A stretch of DNA of 64,000 nt, from positions 89,884 through 153,883 of the IMG/VR virus record IMGVR_UViG_3300027833_000015. One strand, written 5' to 3'. This document shows positions 17,669 to 25,867 of the stretch, in pieces (position 1 is the first letter of the stretch; the number at the start of each line of letters is the position of its first letter). This stretch comes from a virus. Below the pieces are notes generated by a model, which saw nothing but the letters and a program-made list of their open reading frames with translations, had not been told where the DNA came from and searched no databases. The position numbers and the translations under genes are program-made.

Positions 17669-19471
17669 CTATCCCTCGCAGGCGCGACACTCGCTGTCAT
17701 CAATAACAGCAGCGAGGTCGATCTCTTTGATCACGTCACGTTCGATACGCGCACTTACTTTGTCTGCCTTGCCGAGTTTCTCAGAACGACAGTAGTACAT
17801 GGTCTTCACTCCGCGCTTCCACGCAAGGAAGTGTACCGTGTGAATGTATATGATGTTTGCATCTGGACGGAAGAACACATTGAGCGATTGTGCTTGATCG
17901 ACGTGTGCTTGTCGGTCTGCTGCATGGTCGATAATCCAACGCTGATCTATTTCCATAGCAGTTTTGAACACATCCTTCTCCTCTGGTTGCAACCAACGCA
18001 GATGTTGAACCGAACCATCGTTGGCGATAATGCTTGACCAAATTTCATCAGCATCCAGTTTGGTCGCCCCGAGTTCGATCTTGCGATCAATCAACTCAAC
18101 AAGGTGCTTATTCTTATTTAGAAATGCTCCTGAGAGGGTGTCCTGCCTGTATGCATTGGCGCGATATGGTTCAATGCTAGGCGAGGTGTTGCCCATGATG
18201 ATGCTGCTGGATGCGTTTGGTGCGATCGCCATTGTGTGACTAAATCGTTGCCCTGTGCCTTCAGCGTCAGGTGCTTCACCACGTTCCGTGCCCAACTGAA
18301 TGCTCGCCTCTGTCACTTTAGTCTTGATGTGAGAGAAGATGCGGTTGTTCAGTACCTTCGCCATAGCGCACTCGAATGGCATCGACTTCTTCTGGAGGTA
18401 TGCGTGGAAACCCAGCGCACCGATACCGATTGACCGTTCGCGCATAGCAGAGAACCTTGCTCGCTTCACTGTATCTGGCGCGTTGTCGATGAAGAACTGT
18501 AGCACGTTGTCAAGCATCTCTGCCATGTCACGCAGGAACATCGTGTTCTTGCTCCATGAGTCGTAGTGCTCAAGGTTGACAGATGACAAGCAACATACAG
18601 CAGTCCGTTCTTCGTTTGTTGGCAGGATGATCTCCGAACACAGGTTAGACTGGTGAATCTTCAGACCCAAGTCTTTCTGGAACTGAGGCATTGCTCGATT
18701 GCTTGTGTCGATATAGTGGATGTACGGTTCACCCGTTTCCATACGCAGTTCAAGTATCTTCTGCCATAGTTCTTTTGCTGAGACTGTTTCGCGAATCTCT
18801 CCGCTTGATGGGTCGGTCAGGTTCCAACCGTCATCTGCATCTTCGTCTTGCATACAGCGTTCGATAATCTCCATGAACCTATCGGAGATATTGATGCCGT
18901 GGTGCAGATTCAAGCATCGACGATTGGGGTCACCTGTCGGTTTACGCATCTCGAGGAACTCTATTACATCTGGATGACTGATGTCAAGATAAGCAGCGTA
19001 TGACCCTCGTCTTGTTTTACCTTGCCTGTACGCGAGCGAGGAGGCGTCGTATGTCTTGAGGTGTGGAATGACGCCAGTTGACTTGTCGTCTGAAGAACGG
19101 ATACCAAACCCAATACCAACACCACCACCAAACATAGACAACCAGTTTGTCTCGGATAGATTGTCGACTAATCCTTCAGCAGTATCTTCGATGTAGTTTA
19201 GGAAGCAAGAGATTGGCATCCCTTTGTTGGTGCGTCCGTATGCGAGGATTGGAGTTGAGTACGACAACCAGTGCTTTGAGGCATACTCGTAGAGTCTTTG
19301 CGCGTGTTCAGGATTGGAAGAGAAGGTCTTTGAAACAAAAGCGAATCTTTGTTGCGGAGAAGATTCATCTTCTCGCATATACGATTCTTTTAGTCTTGCC
19401 AGACCGAGAGGGTCAAAAAGTTCGTCACGTGTTATATCAATCTCGATACCGAGATAAGTTTCTTTAGGCAC
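17669..19471 (-). CDS. nrdA: Ribonucleotide reductase class Ia alpha subunit (no ATP cone)
   Basis: PISCF, GGGVG, SNLCSEI, AIAPNASS, C-terminal CRACEG. Confidence 0.97.
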   Translation of the reverse strand: MPKETYLGIEIDITRDELFDPLGLARLKESYMREDESSPQQRFAFVSKTFSSNPEHAQRLYEYASKHWLSYSTPILAYGRTNKGMPISCFLNYIEDTAEGLVDNLSETNWLSMFGGGVGIGFGIRSSDDKSTGVIPHLKTYDASSLAYRQGKTRRGSYAAYLDISHPDVIEFLEMRKPTGDPNRRCLNLHHGINISDRFMEIIERCMQDEDADDGWNLTDPSSGEIRETVSAKELWQKILELRMETGEPYIHYIDTSNRAMPQFQKDLGLKIHQSNLCSEIILPTNEERTAVCCLSSVNLEHYDSWSKNTMFLRDMAEMLDNVLQFFIDNAPDTVKRARFSAMRERSIGIGALGFHAYLQKKSMPFECAMAKVLNNRIFSHIKTKVTEASIQLGTERGEAPDAEGTGQRFSHTMAIAPNASSSIIMGNTSPSIEPYRANAYRQDTLSGAFLNKNKHLVELIDRKIELGATKLDADEIWSSIIANDGSVQHLRWLQPEEKDVFKTAMEIDQRWIIDHAADRQAHVDQAQSLNVFFRPDANIIYIHTVHFLAWKRGVKTMYYCRSEKLGKADKVSARIERDVIKEIDLAAVIDDSECRACEG

Positions 19472-19576
19472 TGGGCATATTCCTTATATAATTCTCTGGG
19501 GGTAGAGTTATATAGGCGTATGCTCAGTGGTAAAATATAGTACCCTAAAAATATTTTAGGGTAGTATTAACTGACG

Positions 19577-21187
19577 TTATGACCACTTATAATCAGACGC
19601 TTTGTAGGTCTTGCTGAACTTGGCAAAGTCTTTCTTGATGTATCCTTTGTCTTGTTCTTTGCCTACGAGGTGACGTCCGCGCTTGGAGTCAAGGTAGTCT
19701 CTGACGTGAGTATCTTGTCCACCAGTATGCTTCTTGACATCAGCGTGGGTCTTCGCATATCCTGCTTTGGTCTTCGTTTCGTTACCGCCATGCTTGACGT
19801 TATGAGAAGTGTTGTAGTATCCACCACCTTCGTTTCCGCTCTTGACAGCAAGACCTTCTTGCATAGTCTTCTTGACGATCTTACCCACTGCCTTGTTGTT
19901 ACCCTTGGCGCGTTTCGGGTCTTTAGATGCCTTGTTGTTGTAGCGAGTCAGAAGATCTGTGCTCAACTCATCAACCTGCTCGACAGATTCTTTGCGCACT
20001 CGATCATACAAGTCGCCATTCCACTTCCAGTCTTTCTTATTGAAAGACTTTTTCTTCTTTTCCTTTTGATATTCTGCACTAGACAATTTATTAGTCTTAC
20101 CAGCATTAGCACGTCCAGATTCTTCAACCTGCTCGACAGATTCTTTATGACTCAGGCGTGGTTTCTTTCGGGTATCTTTACGACCCTTCATGAAGTCTGC
20201 TTTGGACTTAACCTGCTTGACAGAAGAGTCGCGACTTGTGCTCTGGCCATCGGTAGGATTGATCGTTGATTCTTTCTGTGCGCGTTTGAGTTGTATCTGT
20301 TGTGAACGATCAGCACCGTCCATACGGTTGCTGTGCTTATCCATTGCCTTGGTGAATCGTGCTGCTTGCTTTTGAGTTGCTACACCACTTGCGCTCTTAC
20401 GAACAGTGGCGATAGTTTTGTCCATTGTCTTACGCAGGTTCCTTCCACTTGTGGCATTCTTCCTGTCATAACGCTTCAGGAGTTTATTGCTCAACTCATC
20501 AACCTGCTCGACAGATTCGTTTTTCTTTGCGTAACGTGCTTTTTTGACAAGCGCAAACCCTTTAGTTCTATGGCGCAACTTATCGAGTTTAGTCAGACCA
20601 CCTTTCTTATTGATATTATTTGCTGCCCTTGACATACCAAATTCACGGTTCATAGATTTGTGAGAAAGAGTATCAGACCTAGAGTTTTGATCCTTATTCG
20701 CTTTCTTCAAATATGATATGCTGGTCGCTTTAGAGAGTTCATCAACTTGCTCGACAGATTCTTTGACTGGTTTGCGATTGAGGATATGTCTGCTGAATGA
20801 ATCTTTGGAAATATTCTTATGAGCGGCATCTGCTGCTTTAGGATCTCTGCCATGCTTGACGACGATAGTTTCTTTCTTACCGTTCTTCTGTATACCAGTG
20901 CTGTGGGTAGAATACTCGTACTCTTGCTTCGCTGGTTTTGCTTTCGCTAATGCTGCTTTCTTCGCTTTCTTTTTTGCATTCGCTGCTATTTTGAGATAGT
21001 TGGAAGGGATCTTTGCTTCATCGACTTCAACTTCTTCTTTCTGTTGAATCCTTTTCTTGCCCATGATCTCGATGTAACGTCGAGTGACGGGAGCACGCTT
21101 CTTCTTTGAACCCATGTCAACGGTGTCTTGTGGAATACCAGCATCACCTGCTGTCATTGTTTCTGAGAAGTCACTAAACTTTTTCAT
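19577..21187 (-). CDS. Basic modular polyprotein with capsid-targeting-like N-terminus
   Basis: MKKFSDFSE start; four ESVEQV(D/E)E linkers separating Lys/Arg-rich modules. Confidence 0.75.
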   Translation of the reverse strand: MKKFSDFSETMTAGDAGIPQDTVDMGSKKKRAPVTRRYIEIMGKKRIQQKEEVEVDEAKIPSNYLKIAANAKKKAKKAALAKAKPAKQEYEYSTHSTGIQKNGKKETIVVKHGRDPKAADAAHKNISKDSFSRHILNRKPVKESVEQVDELSKATSISYLKKANKDQNSRSDTLSHKSMNREFGMSRAANNINKKGGLTKLDKLRHRTKGFALVKKARYAKKNESVEQVDELSNKLLKRYDRKNATSGRNLRKTMDKTIATVRKSASGVATQKQAARFTKAMDKHSNRMDGADRSQQIQLKRAQKESTINPTDGQSTSRDSSVKQVKSKADFMKGRKDTRKKPRLSHKESVEQVEESGRANAGKTNKLSSAEYQKEKKKKSFNKKDWKWNGDLYDRVRKESVEQVDELSTDLLTRYNNKASKDPKRAKGNNKAVGKIVKKTMQEGLAVKSGNEGGGYYNTSHNVKHGGNETKTKAGYAKTHADVKKHTGGQDTHVRDYLDSKRGRHLVGKEQDKGYIKKDFAKFSKTYKASDYKWS

Positions 21188-21244
21188 TACTCTATCCTAG
21201 TATTAAACTTATGCATCTATTTAGTCCAGCAGAGATCTGTGTCT

Positions 21245-21772
21245 CTACTTTCTTTCCAAGTAGAACACTGATTGTTGCGGAGTGGATTTTACTATTATCT
21301 TGAATTTCTTTCCGAAGAATTTCTTCGACATGCGGAGATAGAGTTTCTCTCTACTCGCCAGTGTCTTTGGGTTTGATCCTTTCGGTTTCTCTGCACCGAA
21401 CGAAACATATTTTGGATTTTCTTTCTTTATGAAGTCATCGCATATCTTCATAACAGTAGAGAATATCTTCAGAGCATCTCCACCGCCAGTAACATCATAT
21501 GATGCTTTTCCGAGGGTAGTGTATTCCTTGCCGAATTTCGTCAAGACCTGCTTCGACCTTCGACTAAATCCGAGATCCCACATATAATAATCATCATCGT
21601 CTGCGTTTTCAGAACCGACTATATCGACATCGAGTCGACTTCTTTCTGTCTTTCCGTCTTTGCCTGTGAATTCAGAATCGAACCCGTATGAGTATTCGTC
21701 TTCGGCAACCTTCCTGCCAGTGAACTTATATGAGGAATCAAACGCTTCGTTGAATTGTGAGAATGTTTTCAT
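21245..21772 (-). CDS. Putative internal head protein
   Basis: N-terminus MKTFSQFNE resembles the T4 capsid targeting sequence MKTYQEFIAE. Confidence 0.65.
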   Translation of the reverse strand: MKTFSQFNEAFDSSYKFTGRKVAEDEYSYGFDSEFTGKDGKTERSRLDVDIVGSENADDDDYYMWDLGFSRRSKQVLTKFGKEYTTLGKASYDVTGGGDALKIFSTVMKICDDFIKKENPKYVSFGAEKPKGSNPKTLASREKLYLRMSKKFFGKKFKIIVKSTPQQSVFYLERK

Positions 21773-22356
21773 TATACCTTTCCGTATGAAAACATTATGG
21801 GCATCTGCTTGATGCCGACTGCCTTTGCAATTCCAAGTCTATGATTGCCTTCCCCCAGAAGAACTTCAACGTCACCGTTCTTTCTTCGGTCGATGGAAAC
21901 ATAACCGTGTTCTTTGATTCCGTTCTTCTTGATGTCAGCAGTCAGTTTCTTCATCTCTGCTTCGGTGTTCTTACCAGTGTATCCACCAATCATCTTGCGG
22001 TCGTATTCTCTTATCTTCCACAACTCGCTTACGTCAATCATCGGTGTAAAGTTATCAGCAACCTTTAGGTTACCATTCGCAAATATCTTGATGATGTTCT
22101 CAAGTGTTACCTTACCACCACATGCTTTTTTCAGTTCGCCTTGTGAACGGACATACTCAGAAAACCCTTCTTGTTTCTGCCCACTGTACTTCCGTGGTCT
22201 GTATTGTTTGTACGGACTCTTTGGTTTGGCATACTTTGCGAGGACAGCATCCGACTTCTTCATCACCTTATTGATTTCTGCCTGAGAGACAGGTTCAAAG
22301 TCTGCGAGTAAGTCGTCGAGGAAACCCTCTTCGATAAACTGGGAAAATGATTTCAT
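21772..22356 (-). CDS. ParB/Srx-like domain protein with capsid-targeting-like N-terminus
   Basis: MKSFSQFIEE; IKKNGIKE...EGNHRL...GIKQMP. Confidence 0.7.
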   Translation of the reverse strand: MKSFSQFIEEGFLDDLLADFEPVSQAEINKVMKKSDAVLAKYAKPKSPYKQYRPRKYSGQKQEGFSEYVRSQGELKKACGGKVTLENIIKIFANGNLKVADNFTPMIDVSELWKIREYDRKMIGGYTGKNTEAEMKKLTADIKKNGIKEHGYVSIDRRKNGDVEVLLGEGNHRLGIAKAVGIKQMPIMFSYGKV

Positions 22357-22934
22357 CGTCTCAGTTCTTCACTGGCGACGTAGATCTTTTGGTTAGTGCG
22401 AATATGCACTGCTTCGAATATGTCCAACCCGAGAATGTTGTCGAGTGGATATGCATTATCAAGCACACGGACTTTATCACCTGCCTTGCAGACTTCTTCG
22501 CACGTGCTCGCGAGGACTTTGGGTTCAGCGAGTGTATACATGCCACTGGAGAGCATCCCGTCCTTGGCGCAAAACCAAGAGGTGTGTTCTACCAAGTCCA
22601 GTGTCGAGTCTAGGTCACACGCCTCTACAATTCTCTCCACCCCTGCTTCCCCAAGGTCAAGGTGTTCTTTTATGAGGTAGAGTGCGGACGCATAGGAGGC
22701 GAGTTTGGATTTGCCTCCAGGGACTTTGGCGAGTAATTTCTTGAGGTTGAAGACCAGACGGTGGAATAAGTTGTATGCACTTTTCTCGTCATTGCCTTCG
22801 GGCGAGCGGAGTTTCTTTCCGTCTTTGTCTATAAGACCCATCTTGAATGCATTGCTATCTTCGAAACTGGTTGTCAGCAAACGCAAGAAGCGCAGCGTGT
22901 AGACCAAATCAGCAGTTTTAGAAAGTATACCCAT
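22353..22934 (-). CDS. Conserved T4-like hypothetical (probably structural) protein
   Basis: YTLRFLRLL...AFKMGLIDKDGKKL motif. Confidence 0.7.
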   Translation of the reverse strand: MGILSKTADLVYTLRFLRLLTTSFEDSNAFKMGLIDKDGKKLRSPEGNDEKSAYNLFHRLVFNLKKLLAKVPGGKSKLASYASALYLIKEHLDLGEAGVERIVEACDLDSTLDLVEHTSWFCAKDGMLSSGMYTLAEPKVLASTCEEVCKAGDKVRVLDNAYPLDNILGLDIFEAVHIRTNQKIYVASEELRR

Positions 22935-23299
22935 TAAATTGTTTCCAGTCTGGCGACCACTACAGGGTCTCCTATAATTCCTTCAAGATCGCCTTCTTTC
23001 AATGCAACAAGGTGTTCAAGAAATGGTTTTATCACACTGAGATTGTCTGGACCCAACTTGAACAGCAGCATAAGTATTGCTGGTTCATTACCAAACACAT
23101 TCAATAATATGATAACATGATTCAGTATCAATCGTTCACAGAGTTCACCGCCTCTGGTGTATCTGTTTATCAATCTCTTGATGTACTTAAAACGATTAAG
23201 TTCTTCGTAAAAATCTTCCGCATCTATCGCGCGAGGACTATAATAATTATTCGCAGCGTAGATGAGGAAGATTTCATCGTTTAGTTCTTTGACGATCAT
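22934..23299 (-). CDS. Conserved T4-like hypothetical protein
   Basis: RFKYIKRL, RLILNHVIILLNVFG. Confidence 0.75.
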   Translation of the reverse strand: MIVKELNDEIFLIYAANNYYSPRAIDAEDFYEELNRFKYIKRLINRYTRGGELCERLILNHVIILLNVFGNEPAILMLLFKLGPDNLSVIKPFLEHLVALKEGDLEGIIGDPVVVARLETI

Positions 23300-23335
23300 G
23301 CAGATTCCTCTATAGTATAGAGTTATCTATAACTT

Positions 23336-23674
23336 CTATTCGGAACGCAGTTCCAAGTCAGCAATCATGTTCACCTTAGTCATCCTTCGATCAAGTTCGA
23401 TATCCAGAGTTCGACCATAGTGTTCAATCTGCGACTTATTCATACGCATCAGAGTAGCAGCACTCTTTCGATCATCCTTGACCACTTCAACTTTATCAGA
23501 ATGGTGCTCTGCTTCCACTTTATCCATCTCGTCTTCGATATCAACCAGACTCATAGTCTGATGGTGGATGATACCTAGATCTTCGCTGTCACTCTTCATG
23601 AACTTGACAACAAAGGTGATGACGATACATGCTATTGCTCCGAGAGCAAGAACCTGTGGTGATAATAAATCCAT
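23336..23674 (-). CDS. Membrane-anchored hypothetical protein
   Basis: N-terminal TM helix. Confidence 0.6.
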   Translation of the reverse strand: MDLLSPQVLALGAIACIVITFVVKFMKSDSEDLGIIHHQTMSLVDIEDEMDKVEAEHHSDKVEVVKDDRKSAATLMRMNKSQIEHYGRTLDIELDRRMTKVNMIADLELRSE

Positions 23675-23695
23675 AATAATTTCCTTAGTTTACGT

Positions 23696-25165
23696 TTAAT
23701 CGTGATGAGTTTTTTGACCAAGATTATCTTTTGTGTACCCTGTTGCCTTCATGTGCGCCTTATATGCTTTGTGGGAGTCACTACCCTTTCCACCAAGATG
23801 CTTCTTGACAAAATCACCGTGAAACCCCTTCTTGCTACCCGACACCATGCCATTATCGTGGTTATTAGCATCTGCTGAGTGTTGCTTTACAGCGGATGCA
23901 GCGGATGCACCGTGAACCTTTTTAATTCGGTTCAGAGTCGCCTTTGCCGCATGTCCTGCGCGTTCTGGGTCGGGGTGACCCATATCTGGATCTGAGTTAC
24001 CATGGTGCTCAAAATGCTTTGCTGCAAGATGCCCCAAATCACTATTACTAGACTCCAGAATTTGACGAAGTTCTTCGATCTCCGTCTTCAGTGCATCAAC
24101 TTCTTCAGTTACTTTTTTTTTAACAGGATTGACAACTGCCTTGTCGCCATTCTTGAGTTGATCAGAATTACCACGTGCTGGAGATGCTTTAGTAGCACGA
24201 CCTGCTTTGGATACATCCTTGTGTCCCTGCTCTTCTTTGTCTTCGATGTCTTTCTCAGACTTCTTGTGCATAGCAATGAAGTCTTTTGACTTGTTAGACT
24301 CTTTATCAGCAATGCCTTCAGGGTTAGTTGCGCCCTTGGTGTGCTCGTCTGATTTCTCATCAAGACCTTGAAGGATAACAGCGAGGTCTTGCAACCATGC
24401 AGACTCTTCAACAGATTCTTTTCGAGTCGCTGGAACCTTTGCATACTTGCCTTTGATCTTGTCACCTGCCCAACCAGATCCAGTAACACGCTTGTCGAAT
24501 TTTGCGTGAGAAGAGGCAGGTGGTTTCTTACCGCCATGATCAAACTTTGACATATGGTCTGTTGTTTGAGCGTCTGCTTTTTTCTTATATCGGGTCAACA
24601 GTTTCTTTGATAGTTCGTCCAGTTGCTCTTCGCACAGTCCATCGACAATATCTTCAACAGATTCTTTTCGAGTCGCTGGAACCTTTGCATACTTGCCTTT
24701 GATCTTGTCACCTGCCCAACCAGATCCAGTAACACGCTTGTCGAATTTTGCGTGGGATCCTGCTGGTGGTTTCTTACCGCCATGGTCGTACTTTGACATA
24801 TGATCTGTTGTTTGAGCGTCTGCTTTTTTCTTGTATCGGGTCAACAGTTTCTTCGATAGTTCGTCCAGTTGCTCTTCGTCCAGACTCCCGACAAAATCTT
24901 CAACAGATTCTTTCTTGACGCTTGGCAGGTCAGAGGCATCAGGGTTAGACTTGTCGCCTTTGCGCACTGGTGCTTTCTTGTTATGAGCAGCAGGTGCTTC
25001 TTCAACAACGTCTGCTTTGTTCTTCTTATTGCGGAGGTCAGCAAGGTCGTCGCCTTCGATGTCACCATCGTTATCGACGTCGAGTGCTTTCTGCTTGTCA
25101 GAAAGTTTCTTCTCTTGTACTTCCTGGAACGCAGTCCAGATTGCTTCGATTTCTTTAATGTCCAT
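23696..25165 (-). CDS. Modular head-associated polyprotein with EF-hand-like loop and internal duplication
   Basis: DVDNDGDIEGDD loop; KESVE linkers; 82-aa tandem repeat. Confidence 0.7.
   Translation of the reverse strand: MDIKEIEAIWTAFQEVQEKKLSDKQKALDVDNDGDIEGDDLADLRNKKNKADVVEEAPAAHNKKAPVRKGDKSNPDASDLPSVKKESVEDFVGSLDEEQLDELSKKLLTRYKKKADAQTTDHMSKYDHGGKKPPAGSHAKFDKRVTGSGWAGDKIKGKYAKVPATRKESVEDIVDGLCEEQLDELSKKLLTRYKKKADAQTTDHMSKFDHGGKKPPASSHAKFDKRVTGSGWAGDKIKGKYAKVPATRKESVEESAWLQDLAVILQGLDEKSDEHTKGATNPEGIADKESNKSKDFIAMHKKSEKDIEDKEEQGHKDVSKAGRATKASPARGNSDQLKNGDKAVVNPVKKKVTEEVDALKTEIEELRQILESSNSDLGHLAAKHFEHHGNSDPDMGHPDPERAGHAAKATLNRIKKVHGASAASAVKQHSADANNHDNGMVSGSKKGFHGDFVKKHLGGKGSDSHKAYKAHMKATGYTKDNLGQKTHHD
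24405..24912. repeat. In-frame tandem duplication, 246-bp unit x2
   Basis: TCTTCAACAGATTCTTT recurs at 24405, 24651 and 24897. Confidence 0.95.
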
Positions 25166-25181
25166 CTTGATACCTATTGTA

Positions 25182-25535
25182 TTATTCGTTTGAGTCGGTT
25201 CTATTTATACTATCTTCATAGTACACTATTATACTTTGTTGCTGCTCGATGTATCTTCTTATTTCTGCCATGTTTAGTGACAAATTCTCATAGTCAGGAA
25301 CCGAGATAGCGATATAGACGTTGTCACCAGTTTCTTTCCTAAACTCCACCTTGAACTGTTCTTCGTTCTGAGGAGTAACAACGCGCCACTCTATGTCTTG
25401 CATTACGACAGCACGTGGACGACCCTTTGGTTCTATAACCTGATCGACATATTCAATTTTAGTTATTGTCTTTCCAGCACATCCGCTAATTAGCAGTAAT
25501 AGACTCAAGGTTATCAAATACCTTACGTGTACCAT
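25182..25535 (-). CDS. o-spanin (Rz1-like lipoprotein)
   Basis: Lipobox LISGC; overlaps the i-spanin gene. Confidence 0.75.
   Translation of the reverse strand: MVHVRYLITLSLLLLISGCAGKTITKIEYVDQVIEPKGRPRAVVMQDIEWRVVTPQNEEQFKVEFRKETGDNVYIAISVPDYENLSLNMAEIRRYIEQQQSIIVYYEDSINRTDSNE
25202..25209 (-). promoter_or_regulatory. T4-type late promoter TATAAATA
   Basis: Exact consensus upstream of the 23696..25165 gene. Confidence 0.65.
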
Positions 25536-25866
25536 TGTTTATAATCCTTTCTATCATTTCAGGTTTCCGTGTAGCAAGATTAGTCAGTTGATGATCCCTG
25601 AATATCTGCAACACCTCTTCGCGTTTCTCTTCAGCACTAAGCATGTTGGCAGAAAGTTCAACGTTCAACTCTGCCTGTGCTCTTGCTTGCTCGAGCAACT
25701 GCCCAACAGCAGCAGCGTTAGCAATTGCTGTTTCTTCAAGCACAGCGTTCTCTGCTATAAGGTTGTCTATCTTCTTGACCTGCCACCACACAATACCAGA
25801 AACACCACCAACTATAGTGGTGATGACAACTGCTATGATTGCATACTTCTGTACTGCACCAAACAT
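25486..25866 (-). CDS. i-spanin (Rz-like)
   Basis: N-terminal TM followed by coiled coil, KPEMIERIIN. Confidence 0.75.
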   Translation of the reverse strand: MFGAVQKYAIIAVVITTIVGGVSGIVWWQVKKIDNLIAENAVLEETAIANAAAVGQLLEQARAQAELNVELSANMLSAEEKREEVLQIFRDHQLTNLATRKPEMIERIINNGTRKVFDNLESITAN

Positions 25867-25867
25867 T

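Noticed and set aside
16126-19471. Introns or inteins in nrdA/nrdB
   Set aside because: Both ORFs are continuous, of normal length, and lack intein motifs.
19541-19563. Palindrome TACCCTAAAA-ATA-TTTTAGGGTA upstream of nrdA as an NrdR box
   Set aside because: It does not match the NrdR consensus well and is more simply a hairpin after the polyprotein stop.
24405-24912. Duplication as a DGR template/variable repeat pair
   Set aside because: Both copies are in frame in one gene, the differences are not adenine-specific, and no reverse transcriptase is in the window.
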